This document shows, piece after piece, positions 41,145 through 50,428 of a stretch of DNA of 64,000 nucleotides; positions within the stretch are counted from its first letter, which is position 1; each line of letters begins with the position of its first letter. The notes beneath the pieces are model-generated. The model did not search any database and was not told the origin of the DNA. It saw nothing but the letters and a program-made list of their open reading frames with translations. The DNA comes from a bacterium (GTDB lineage Bacteria > Ratteibacteria > UBA8468 > B48-G9 > DTJG01), in NCBI GenBank assembly GCA_021800535.1, contig JAJYYV010000001.1, positions 84,641 through 148,640 of the forward strand, given 5' to 3'. Both the position numbers and the translations under genes were made by a program.

Positions 41145-41161
41145 ATTCTATTTTATAAATA

Positions 41162-44100
41162 TTATACTGTAACATTTTTTCCGCAACAATGTTTATATTT
41201 TTTCCCACTGCCACAAGGACAGGGTTGATTTCTTCCTATTTTTTGTCCAACTTTTATTGGTTGTGTTTCAATTATATTACCTGTTGTTTTAACAGAAAAA
41301 GATTCTGATGGTTGTTGGTCTGTTTCCTGGGTCTGAAGAGTTTCAAACTGTTCAAATTCCTGATGGGTAAACATAGATGGAGCAAGAACTTTTTTAGGGC
41401 TATATATTTGTTCAGAAGGTTCTACTTTTATTTTAAAAATAGTAGAAAGAATCTCTGTTTTAATTGAAGAATACATTTGTTCAAAAAGTAAAAAAGCCTC
41501 CTGTTTATAAGCAACAAGAATATCTCTTTGGGCATAAGAACGAAGATTAATTCCTTCTCTAAGGTCATCTATGGCTCGTAAATGCGATTTCCATTTTTGG
41601 TCTACCTCCTGGAGAAAAATATATTTTATAATTTCATTGAAAGAAGGACCCAGGTGTTGCTTTTTTTGTAAAAATTCTTCATTGATTTTTTTCCTTGTGT
41701 CTTCCAGAGTGGTATCTCTCCAGAATATTTGTTCTTTTATATTTTCTGGTATGGACAGATTAATGTCTGTATCAAAAATATTTTTTAATTGTTTAGAAAG
41801 TTTTTCAGGATGCCATTCTTCAATTTTTGAGCTTTCTTTAAGAAATTCATTAAAAAGATCATCTATTGTTTCGTTTATAAATGGGAACAGATAATGTTCT
41901 ATATCCTGAGTTTCCAAAATGTCTCTTCTTAGTTGATATATTACTTTTCTTTGTTGATTTAAAACATCATCAAAATCTATAAGGTGTTTTCTTATTTCAA
42001 AATTTCTTCCTTCCACCCGTTTTTGAGCCATAGTGATTTGTTTTGTTATTATAGGATGTGTAATTTTTTCACCTTCTGGGAGTTTTCCCATAATTCCGGT
42101 AAGTCTTTCAGACCCAAAAATTCTTAGCAGGTCATCTTCTAAAGAAAGATAAAAACTGGCGGAGCCCGGGTCTCCCTGTCTGCCGGCACGCCCCCTTAAT
42201 TGATTATCAACCCTTCTTGCTTCATGTCTTTCTGTCCCAATTATATGAAGCCCCCCCAAAGAAATAACTTTTTCATGGTCTTTTTCCCATGGTTTTAAAT
42301 TTTTTTCAAGGGTTTCATTATATATAGCTCTAAATTCTTCCGGACTTTTTTCCATTTCTTCCCTGGCAGTTTTCCATTCTTCTTCAATGGCGCTGTGTTT
42401 TTTCTCATATTCTTCCCTGGCAAAGGAAATTTCTTTTTCGTACTGTGAATGAAGATTTTCATAATTTTCACTGGCAGAAAGATATTCTTTCTGTTTTGTT
42501 GAATATTCCTTATCTCCAAGAATAAAAATAATGTCGGATTCCAGAGTATCTAATCCAGAAATAAAATTTTTATATTCAGCCTGGAATTTATCAAGAAAAT
42601 TTTTAATAAATTCTTCATTTTGTTCTATTTTGAGTTCAAATACCTGTTTTTCTGAGATTTCAAGAAAATCTTTTATTTTTTTAGTTCTGCCTGAAAAATC
42701 TTTAAATGAAGCAGAATTTTTCATTTCGTCTGACAAGACAGATGTAATACTATCCTGATATCCTTTGATGCTTACAAATAAATTTTCAATCAGTTGTTCT
42801 AATTCTTTTTTTACATTAGATGCTTGTCCTTGTGCTATTTCACATAAGAGAATAATCTGATTTGCTCTTTCTTCTATATCTTTTCTTATAAATATTCCGT
42901 GTTTTTTTCTTATAAATTCTTTGGTTCCTTCATATTCATGGTATGCCTTACTACGGGATTCTTTAAAATCTTTTAATAGTTCTGGTTTTTTTTGATATTC
43001 ATTCTGGGATTGGGCGTTTTTCAGGGCATTTTCTGTTTCCATGTATCTTTCTTTTAGGATTAAAATTTTAGGTTCTGTTCTGAGAAATTCTTCTTCAGCT
43101 TTAGCAATAAAAATAGTTCTTTCCAATTGTTCTTTTATTTTTGTATCTATCTGGGCGAAAATTTTTTCTTTTTCTGTCAAAGAATCTTTTGCTTGTTCTA
43201 TAGAAGATTTGTATTTTTTATCAATATCTTCCAGAGATTTTTTATAGGCCTCCTCAAGTTCATTTAAGACTTCATGAAATAATTTTTTTTGCGGATGGGT
43301 TTTTGATGAGGATTTTATTTTAGATTTCTGAGACCAGATGATTCTTATTGTTTCTTCTCTGGACAAAACTTCAGGATTACCTCCAAGAATAATATCAACA
43401 CCTCTTCCCGCCATTTGTGTTGCAATGGTAACGGCTCCGGGTTTTCCTGCCTGGGCAATAATTGCTGCTTCTGCTTCATGATTTTTCCCATGAAGAACCT
43501 GGTGAGGTATATTTTTATGCCGTAATATTTTACTTAACTTTTCTGCTTTTTCAATAGAAACAGTACCTACAAGAACTGGCCGGGAATTTTTATACATCTG
43601 TTCTATTTCATTTACTGCAGAATTAAATTTTTCTTTTTCTGTTTTATATATTTCATCATTAAATTCTATTCTCTTTAATGGTTTATTTGTTGGTATAGCA
43701 ATTACATTTAATTTATATATTTCTTTAAACTCTGCGGATTCTGTAAGAGCTGTACCTGTCATTCCTGCAAGTTTTTTATAAAGTCTGAAATAATTTTGAA
43801 AAGAAATAGTTGCAAGAGTTTGATTCTCGCTTTCTATTCGTACACTTTCTTTGGCTTCTATTGCCTGATGAAGTCCATCACTCCATCGTCTCCCGGGCAT
43901 CAGTCTTCCTGTAAATTCATCTACAATGATTACTTCTCCATTTTTAACAACATAGTCTTTATCTCTAACAGAATAAGTATGCGCCCTGAGAGATTGATTG
44001 ATTAAATGGACCATATCAGTGTGGGCTCCATCATAAAGATTTTCCACTCCAAGAAATCTTTCGCATTTTTTCAATCCATCATCTGTAAGGGAAACAATCT

Positions 44101-45004
44101 GGTTTTCTTCGTCTAAAATGTAGTCCATATCTTTATTTAATTTTCTGACGACTTTATCTATATCATAATAAAGATTGACAGATTCTTCAGATGGACCTGA
44201 AATAATTAAAGGAGTTCTCGCTTCATCTATAAGAATACTATCCACTTCATCAACAATTGCGTAATTTAAATCCCTTTGGACAATAGATTCTTTGGTTATG
44301 GCCATATTATCTCTTAGATAATCAAACCCAAATTCACTTCCCACTCCGTAGGTTATATCACAGGCATAAGCTTCTTTTCTGGGTATGGTTCTTAAATAAA
44401 GATATCTTGAATCTGCCGGAAGAAATGCCGGGTCAAAAGTAAAAGCAGACATTTCAGATTGTCCACTGGTCTGAAAATAAGAGACAATACATCCAACAGA
44501 AAGGCCAAGGTTATAATAAATAGGACCCATCCATTGAGTATCTCTTTTGGCTAAATAATCATTAACAGTTACAAGATGACAACCCTGGCCGGTTAATGCA
44601 TTTAAATAAACTGGAAGTGTTGCTACAAGGGTTTTTCCTTCTCCTGTGGACATTTCTGCGATATTTCCATAATGAAGCGCAATTCCTCCAAGAATCTGGA
44701 CATCAAAATGGCGCATATTTACAAACCTTCTTGCAGATTCTCTTACAAGTGCATAAGCTTCCGGCAGAATATCTTCTAAGGTTTCCCCTTTGGAAAGTCT
44801 GTCTTTGAATTCTAAGGTTTTATTTTTCATCTCTTCATTGGAAAATTTTTTTATTTTTTCTTCTAATTCATTAATTTTATGCAGAAGAGAAATCATTTGT
44901 TCCATAAAAGCATATCTATCCCTGTTGAGAAGTCTGTTGATAAAAAGTTTTGTTCCTGGATTTAGTTTTCTTAAAGAAGCAAGAAGGGAGTCGTAATAAT
45001 CCAT
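41162..45004 (-). CDS. secA: Preprotein translocase SecA with a roughly 370 aa charged coiled-coil insertion in the NBD2 variable region; start trimmed from 45082 to 45004
   Basis: Walker A MSTGEGKT; DEVDSILIDEA; insertion lies between GRGVDIILGGNPE and VISLGGLHIIGTERHEARRVDNQLRGRAGRQGD; C-terminal zinc site CPCGSGKKYKHCCG; RBS GGAGGTAAC lies 7 nt upstream of the 45004 ATG; the longer ORF would cover tRNA-Phe. Confidence 0.85.
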   Translation of the reverse strand: MDYYDSLLASLRKLNPGTKLFINRLLNRDRYAFMEQMISLLHKINELEEKIKKFSNEEMKNKTLEFKDRLSKGETLEDILPEAYALVRESARRFVNMRHFDVQILGGIALHYGNIAEMSTGEGKTLVATLPVYLNALTGQGCHLVTVNDYLAKRDTQWMGPIYYNLGLSVGCIVSYFQTSGQSEMSAFTFDPAFLPADSRYLYLRTIPRKEAYACDITYGVGSEFGFDYLRDNMAITKESIVQRDLNYAIVDEVDSILIDEARTPLIISGPSEESVNLYYDIDKVVRKLNKDMDYILDEENQIVSLTDDGLKKCERFLGVENLYDGAHTDMVHLINQSLRAHTYSVRDKDYVVKNGEVIIVDEFTGRLMPGRRWSDGLHQAIEAKESVRIESENQTLATISFQNYFRLYKKLAGMTGTALTESAEFKEIYKLNVIAIPTNKPLKRIEFNDEIYKTEKEKFNSAVNEIEQMYKNSRPVLVGTVSIEKAEKLSKILRHKNIPHQVLHGKNHEAEAAIIAQAGKPGAVTIATQMAGRGVDIILGGNPEVLSREETIRIIWSQKSKIKSSSKTHPQKKLFHEVLNELEEAYKKSLEDIDKKYKSSIEQAKDSLTEKEKIFAQIDTKIKEQLERTIFIAKAEEEFLRTEPKILILKERYMETENALKNAQSQNEYQKKPELLKDFKESRSKAYHEYEGTKEFIRKKHGIFIRKDIEERANQIILLCEIAQGQASNVKKELEQLIENLFVSIKGYQDSITSVLSDEMKNSASFKDFSGRTKKIKDFLEISEKQVFELKIEQNEEFIKNFLDKFQAEYKNFISGLDTLESDIIFILGDKEYSTKQKEYLSASENYENLHSQYEKEISFAREEYEKKHSAIEEEWKTAREEMEKSPEEFRAIYNETLEKNLKPWEKDHEKVISLGGLHIIGTERHEARRVDNQLRGRAGRQGDPGSASFYLSLEDDLLRIFGSERLTGIMGKLPEGEKITHPIITKQITMAQKRVEGRNFEIRKHLIDFDDVLNQQRKVIYQLRRDILETQDIEHYLFPFINETIDDLFNEFLKESSKIEEWHPEKLSKQLKNIFDTDINLSIPENIKEQIFWRDTTLEDTRKKINEEFLQKKQHLGPSFNEIIKYIFLQEVDQKWKSHLRAIDDLREGINLRSYAQRDILVAYKQEAFLLFEQMYSSIKTEILSTIFKIKVEPSEQIYSPKKVLAPSMFTHQEFEQFETLQTQETDQQPSESFSVKTTGNIIETQPIKVGQKIGRNQPCPCGSGKKYKHCCGKNVTV

Positions 45005-45024
45005 AAATTTGTTACCTCCAATAT

Positions 45025-45096
45025 TGCCGGGGGGCAGAATCGAACTGCCCACGCCAGCCTTTTCAGGGCTGCGCTCTACCACTGAGCTACCCCGGC
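45025..45096 (-). tRNA. tRNA-Phe (anticodon GAA)
   Basis: Reverse complement reads GCCGGGGTAGCTCAGTGGTAGAGCGCAGCCCTGAAAAGGCTGGCGTGGGCAGTTCGATTCTGCCCCCCGGCA: 7-bp acceptor stem, D arm GCTC/GAGC, anticodon loop CTGAAAA, T loop TTCGATT; CCA is not encoded. Confidence 0.9.
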
Positions 45097-45204
45097 TTTA
45101 AATAACCATATGGGTTTTTCTATCTTAAAGTATATAATAAACTCTATCTTTGTCAACTTCTGGTATGAAACCAATAGTAATTTTTTTAAAAACCACCTAA
45201 AAAT

Positions 45205-45232
45205 TTGACTTTTCAATATATAATGTTATAAT
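45205..45232 (+). promoter_or_regulatory. Sigma70-like promoter: TTGACT, 16-nt spacer, TATAAT, upstream of the O-methyltransferase gene
   Basis: Hexamers read directly at 45205-45210 and 45227-45232. Confidence 0.45.
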
Positions 45233-45295
45233 TTCTATCAAATCTATAGAATAGATATATATAGATTTTTTATTAACAAATTGGGAGGAGAAATT

Positions 45296-46303
45296 ATGAG
45301 TAAAGATAAAAATGTTTCGCCGGCAAGAATTTTAGATATGGGTTGGGATTTTGCCAGAATAAGAACTCTGGCTACAGGAATTGAATTAAATGTTTTTGGC
45401 CATATAGCCAATGGAGAAAAAACCGTTGAAGAAATTTCAAGTGCCACAAACAGCAGCCAACGGGGAATAGAGATGTTGCTTAATGCACTTGTAGGACTGG
45501 AATTTTTAAGAAAAAACAATGGAAAGTATTCTTTGTCTGAAGATGCTGCTGAATTTCTTGTGCCGGAAAAACCGGGATATTTAGGGGGAATGATTAAACA
45601 CATGCTGGATTTGCATGAAAACTGGACGCATCTTACTGAATGCGTCAAAACAGGTAAGCCATATGAAACTGTGGATGAACAAACAAAAGGTGAAGATTTT
45701 TTCCCAAAATTAGTAAGAGGGCTTTTTAACATGAACTATCATGCCGCTAAATATTGTGGCTCATATCTTAAAAAAAATGTTCATAATATATCCAGTATAT
45801 TGGATGTGGCAGCCGGTTCCGGTGTCTGGGGTATAGGAATTGCAGAGGAAATTGAAACAGCAAAATTAACGGCTTTGGATTTCCCGGAAGTATGTAAAGT
45901 TACAAAGGAATTTATAAATGAGCATCAACTAAACGGTAGATTTCATTGTATAGAAGGGAATTTACAGGATATAAATTTTGGAACAAATATATATGATCTT
46001 ATAATACTTGGTCATATATGCCATAGCGAAGGTAAAATCCGGGCAAACAACCTATTGAAAAAGTCCTTTACTGCATTAAAACCAGAAGGATATCTTCTTA
46101 TAGCAGAATTTTTACCCAATGATGAGAAAACCGGTCCTGCTGTGCCTCTTTTATTTGCTTTGAATATGCTGGTTAATACAAGTGAGGGGGATGTATTTAC
46201 CATTGCAGAATTTAAAAAAATTCTTCCGGAGATTGGTTTTTCACAGATAGATATCCTGGATGAGGTTCCATCTATATCTCCACTAATTTTAGCAAAGAAA
46301 TAA
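45296..46303 (+). CDS. SAM-dependent O-methyltransferase (family 2, with an N-terminal dimerisation/wHTH domain); start moved to the ATG at 45296 after RBS GGGAGGAG
   Basis: LDVAAGSGVWGIGIA motif I. Confidence 0.7.
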   Translation: MSKDKNVSPARILDMGWDFARIRTLATGIELNVFGHIANGEKTVEEISSATNSSQRGIEMLLNALVGLEFLRKNNGKYSLSEDAAEFLVPEKPGYLGGMIKHMLDLHENWTHLTECVKTGKPYETVDEQTKGEDFFPKLVRGLFNMNYHAAKYCGSYLKKNVHNISSILDVAAGSGVWGIGIAEEIETAKLTALDFPEVCKVTKEFINEHQLNGRFHCIEGNLQDINFGTNIYDLIILGHICHSEGKIRANNLLKKSFTALKPEGYLLIAEFLPNDEKTGPAVPLLFALNMLVNTSEGDVFTIAEFKKILPEIGFSQIDILDEVPSISPLILAKK

Positions 46304-46379
46304 ATTTATGTTTGGCTGATATGTTCTATAAAAAAATGTTATAATATGTTTTTGAAAAATTAAAAAGGGGTGAATTATT

Positions 46380-46571
46380 ATGCCACTAATTACAATAGAA
46401 GGCCCTAAAATCAATAATATAGAAAACAAAAGATTATTGGCCAAAAAACTTACTGAGGCTGCAGCTGAAATTTATTCTATGGATAAAAAACATATAGTTG
46501 TTGTTATAAAAGAAAATCCACCAGAAAATGTTGCAACAGCAGGAGAGTTAATATGCGATATTAAAAAATAA
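46380..46571 (+). CDS. 4-oxalocrotonate tautomerase-family protein
   Basis: N-terminal MPLITIEGP with catalytic Pro1; 63 aa; preceded by a GGGGTGA-like RBS. Confidence 0.6.
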   Translation: MPLITIEGPKINNIENKRLLAKKLTEAAAEIYSMDKKHIVVVIKENPPENVATAGELICDIKK

Positions 46572-46611
46572 AATATATATAGAAAAATTAGCTATATGAT
46601 AGGAGAATATT

Positions 46612-47853
46612 ATGGAATATTTTATAAAAGATATTAATCTTGCTGATGAAGGAAAAAGGAAAATTCTATGGGCAGGAAAAGAAATGCCGGTATTAGATAT
46701 TCTTAAACAAACCCAGGCGAAAAATCTTTTTTCCGGAACCACAATAGGTGCCTGTCTTCATGTAACCTCTGAAACAGCTAATTTGGTTATTGCTCTTTCA
46801 GAATGTGGGGCAAATGTATTTCTTACAGCGTCCAACCCTTTAAGTACCCAGGATGAAGTTGCTGCATCTCTGGTGAAAAATTATAACATTCCTGTTTTTG
46901 CCAAAAAAGGGGAAAATGAGTCAGAATATAATCATAATATTCGTATTATCGCAGAAAAAAAACCTCATATTATTATTGATGATGGAGCAGACCTTATTGC
47001 TTATATGCATCAAAATTATTCTTTGGCAGAAAATATACTTGGGGCAACAGAGGAAACAACTACAGGTATAACAAGGATTAAAAGCCTTGAAAAAGACAAA
47101 AAACTTACCTTTCCTGTTATTGCTGTGAATGATGCCATGACAAAGCATCTTTTTGATAATAGATATGGAACAGGACAGTCTACAATAGATGGAATACTTC
47201 GCGCAACAAATATTTTAATTGCAGGAAAAATTATTGTTGTATGTGGATATGGATGGTGTGGGAAAGGGATATCAAAAAATTTTAGAGGGTTAGGGGCAAA
47301 GGTTATTGTTGTTGAAGTTGATCCAATAAAAGCATTAGAGGCTGTGATGGATGGATTTTATGTAATGAAAATAGAAAAAGCAGCAGAAACCGGAGATATT
47401 TTTGTTACATCAACCGGAGATAGAGATGTTATCTCAGCAGATGTTCTTACCAAAATAAAAGATGGGGCAATTATTGCAAACTCAGGGCACTTTAATGTAG
47501 AAATAGATGTAGATTATCTGGAAAAAAATGCAAAAGAAAAAAACCATATTAAACCTATGGTAATAGAATATGTTTTAAAAAATAATAAAAAAGTTTATCT
47601 TTTGGCAGAAGGAAGACTTGTTAATTTAGGTTGTGCTGAGGGACATCCATCTTCTGTTATGGATTTGAGTTTTTCAAATCAGTTTATGGCATCTAAATAT
47701 TTGAAAGAAAATAAAGGTCTTCAATCAAAACTTTATAGTGTCCCAGAAGAGATAGATAGAAAAATAGCAGAATTGAAATTAAAGAGTCTGAATATAGAAA
47801 TAGATACACTTACGGAAAAACAAAAAGAATATCTGTCTTCCTGGGAATTATAA
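46612..47853 (+). CDS. ahcY: Adenosylhomocysteinase
   Basis: NAD-binding GYGWCGKG; 413 aa; typical AhcY domain layout. Confidence 0.85.
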   Translation: MEYFIKDINLADEGKRKILWAGKEMPVLDILKQTQAKNLFSGTTIGACLHVTSETANLVIALSECGANVFLTASNPLSTQDEVAASLVKNYNIPVFAKKGENESEYNHNIRIIAEKKPHIIIDDGADLIAYMHQNYSLAENILGATEETTTGITRIKSLEKDKKLTFPVIAVNDAMTKHLFDNRYGTGQSTIDGILRATNILIAGKIIVVCGYGWCGKGISKNFRGLGAKVIVVEVDPIKALEAVMDGFYVMKIEKAAETGDIFVTSTGDRDVISADVLTKIKDGAIIANSGHFNVEIDVDYLEKNAKEKNHIKPMVIEYVLKNNKKVYLLAEGRLVNLGCAEGHPSSVMDLSFSNQFMASKYLKENKGLQSKLYSVPEEIDRKIAELKLKSLNIEIDTLTEKQKEYLSSWEL

Positions 47854-47892
47854 TTTACTTATTGATTTTTGATAGACCTCCAAAAAAATTAT

Positions 47893-47920
47893 TTGACATA
47901 AAAAAATATAGGGATAAAAT
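47893..47920 (+). promoter_or_regulatory. Candidate promoter for the hydrogenase operon: TTGACA, 16-nt spacer, TAAAAT
   Basis: Hexamers read directly at 47893-47898 and 47915-47920, about 90 nt upstream of the 48004 ATG. Confidence 0.35.
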
Positions 47921-48003
47921 TTAAAATATAATAGGTAAAAAATAAATTTTTTTAATATATAATGTGATTTTATTCACAAAGTTATTAGTTAAAACATAAA
48001 ATA

Positions 48004-49080
48004 ATGGATACATATTTTATTGAAAAGAATATATGGGCTGACTATATAAGAAAAAAAAGTTTGGAAATAAACATATATGCTGCATTTGAAAAATCTGAGC
48101 CTGTATTTTCAAATGAATCTCAATTTATCAGAGCAGATAAAACTCAAAAATCCTCTCTGATGTGGGAAATAGCTAATCCGGATAATATAGACAAAATAAT
48201 TTATGACAGAATGCATCCGGTTGCTCCTTTAAAAATTTTCTTTTTTCCTTTTAAAGAAATAATACTTCCGGAAATAGACAGCATCACGCCATTTTTTATT
48301 ATTGGTGCTACAAACTGTGACCTTCTTGCTCTTGATATAACAGATAAGGTTTTTAAGGATAATAATTATAAAGACCCGTCTTATAGCAGAAGAAGGCAAC
48401 AGGCTACAATTATTTCTATTGATTGCCAAAAACCTGATGAATATTGTTTTTGTGAACTTTGGGGTAACAGAACTTATCCTGAAAAAAACTTTGATTTAAA
48501 CCTTACTTATACTTCTGAAGGTTTTATTGCAGAAATAGGTTCAGAAAAGGGAGTCAGCATAATAAAAGAAATAGATAAAAAGGAAAAGACTTCAGAAGAA
48601 ACGGCATCTCTTAGGGAATCAATAAGAAAACAAACACAAAATATTGTAAAAAATAATAATTCACAATATAAAATATGTGAAATAGGGCACATAAGGAATG
48701 ATGTGCCTTCCTGTCTTGAAAACAAGATTGATTCTCCTGAATGGAAATCTGCTGTTACGGATTGTGTGCAATGTGGAGCATGTAATGCAGCATGTCCTAC
48801 ATGCGTATGTTTTTTACTTGAAGATTTTAGCTCTCAAAAATCTTTTACCAAAGCAAAAATATGGGATTATTGTCTTTATCAGTCTTATGCAAAAATGGCC
48901 TCAGGAGTTTCCCCAAGGCCTCTCTTATGGGAAAGATATGCCAATAGACTGCTTTGTAAATATCAGTATATGGTAAAAAATTTTGGAATAGTTGGTTGTA
49001 CCGGATGTGGAAGATGTATTGCAGGTTGTCCCGGTAAAATAGATAAAAGAAAAATACTACAAGAGGTGGCAAAACAATAA
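48004..49080 (+). CDS. 4Fe-4S dicluster protein of the AsrA / sulfhydrogenase-beta (HydB) type
   Basis: C-terminal CVQCGACNAACPTCVC and CTGCGRCIAGCPG motifs; 358 aa; followed by an AsrB/HydG-like partner. Confidence 0.6.
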   Translation: MDTYFIEKNIWADYIRKKSLEINIYAAFEKSEPVFSNESQFIRADKTQKSSLMWEIANPDNIDKIIYDRMHPVAPLKIFFFPFKEIILPEIDSITPFFIIGATNCDLLALDITDKVFKDNNYKDPSYSRRRQQATIISIDCQKPDEYCFCELWGNRTYPEKNFDLNLTYTSEGFIAEIGSEKGVSIIKEIDKKEKTSEETASLRESIRKQTQNIVKNNNSQYKICEIGHIRNDVPSCLENKIDSPEWKSAVTDCVQCGACNAACPTCVCFLLEDFSSQKSFTKAKIWDYCLYQSYAKMASGVSPRPLLWERYANRLLCKYQYMVKNFGIVGCTGCGRCIAGCPGKIDKRKILQEVAKQ

Positions 49081-49090
49081 TTAATAAAAA

Positions 49091-49924
49091 ATGGAACAAA
49101 ATATATATAAACCAATACAATGTGAAGTAATAGATGTTTTTGAGGAATCTCCTACTATAAAAACTATCAGACTTAAACCTTTGGAGCCATTTTCCTTTTT
49201 GGCCGGACAGTTTATTTCTTTTACTGTTCCTGGCATAGGGGAAGCACCTTTTACCCCTTCATCTTCACCCTTTGAAAAAAATTATATGGAAGTAACTGTT
49301 ATGAAAACCGGTAAAGTGACAGCGGCTATACATCAGATAAAAAAAGCAGATATCGTAGGAATAAGAGGGCCTTATGGCAAACCATATCCTATGGAAAAAT
49401 TTGCTGATAAAAATATTTTACTGGTAGGTGGTGGTGTGGGGCTTGCTCCATTACGGGCTTTATTTTATGCTCTTATTGAAACTCTGGATAATTATAAATC
49501 TATTGTTTTCTGCCTTGGAGCAAGAAGTCCCGTGGATTTTATTTTTAAAAAGGAAGTATTTGAAACCTGGCTTTCAGAATCATGGCTTTCTTCCTATAAA
49601 AAAATTTCATTTCGTATTACAGCGGATAAAAAAGATGAAACATGGAAATATAATGAAGGTGTTGTGACAAAAATATTGGATAATCTTCCTTTTGTTCCGG
49701 AAAATGCTGTGGTATGTGGCCCGCCTGTCATGATGAAATTTACAACCCTGAAATTATTAGATGTGGGATATAAACCAGAAGAAATTTATCTGTCAATGGA
49801 AAGAAAGATGTACTGCGCCATAGGCCAGTGCAGACATTGTCTTCTTGGGGATAAATTTGTTTGTAAGGATGGGCCGGTTTTTACATATGAAGAAATAAAA
49901 AATCAACCGAAAATATGGGCATAA
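49091..49924 (+). CDS. FAD/NAD(P)-binding oxidoreductase with a C-terminal 2Fe-2S cluster (AsrB / HydG / PyrK-like)
   Basis: FNR-like fold with ILLVGGGVGLAPLRA; C-terminal CAIGQCRHC...C cluster. Confidence 0.7.
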   Translation: MEQNIYKPIQCEVIDVFEESPTIKTIRLKPLEPFSFLAGQFISFTVPGIGEAPFTPSSSPFEKNYMEVTVMKTGKVTAAIHQIKKADIVGIRGPYGKPYPMEKFADKNILLVGGGVGLAPLRALFYALIETLDNYKSIVFCLGARSPVDFIFKKEVFETWLSESWLSSYKKISFRITADKKDETWKYNEGVVTKILDNLPFVPENAVVCGPPVMMKFTTLKLLDVGYKPEEIYLSMERKMYCAIGQCRHCLLGDKFVCKDGPVFTYEEIKNQPKIWA

Positions 49925-49933
49925 TATAAATAA

Positions 49934-50425
49934 ATGAAAAAATTATATATAGATTATGAAAAGTGCCAGAGTTGTCCGGTGTGTATTATAGAATGTAGAT
50001 ATCCATATCATCCGGATAATAATGGAATTAAATATCTGCAGGAGCTTATATCATTTGAATTTATATGCAGAAGATGTAAGGACCATCCATGCGTTAATGC
50101 ATGTGTATATAATGCATTGAGAAGAGAAAATGAAATTATAGTCAGAAGCAAAGTTAGGTGTGTGTCATGTAAAAGTTGTGCTATGGCATGCCCTTTTGGA
50201 ACAATATTTTATGATTCTATACCATATATTGTCAGCAATTGCGATTTTTGTATTGAAAACATGGAAAAAGAGCAGATTCCTTTATGCGCTCAGTCCTGTC
50301 CAAAAGGTGCGATAAAGTATGTGGCGGAAGAAGAAATAAAAGATGAGAAATATATTGAAAAATTAGGGCAGCACCTTATTATTAAAACTTTTAACTGGTT
50401 AAAATTTCAGGAGATAAAAAAGTAA
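49934..50425 (+). CDS. Multi-cluster 4Fe-4S ferredoxin (HycB/HyfA-like electron-transfer subunit)
   Basis: Four Cys clusters: CQSCPVCIIEC, CRRCKDHPCVNAC, CVSCKSCAMACP, CDFC...CAQSCP. Confidence 0.75.
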   Translation: MKKLYIDYEKCQSCPVCIIECRYPYHPDNNGIKYLQELISFEFICRRCKDHPCVNACVYNALRRENEIIVRSKVRCVSCKSCAMACPFGTIFYDSIPYIVSNCDFCIENMEKEQIPLCAQSCPKGAIKYVAEEEIKDEKYIEKLGQHLIIKTFNWLKFQEIKK

Positions 50426-50428
50426 AAA

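Noticed and set aside
45005-45082. N-terminal 26-residue extension of SecA (MVERSPEKAGVGSSILPPGNIGGNKF)
   Set aside because: It overlaps a well-formed tRNA-Phe. The internal ATG at 45004 has a strong RBS and gives a conventional SecA N-terminus.
46548-46742. Minus-strand 64 aa ORF across the tautomerase/ahcY junction
   Set aside because: Low-complexity sequence overlapping two supported plus-strand genes.
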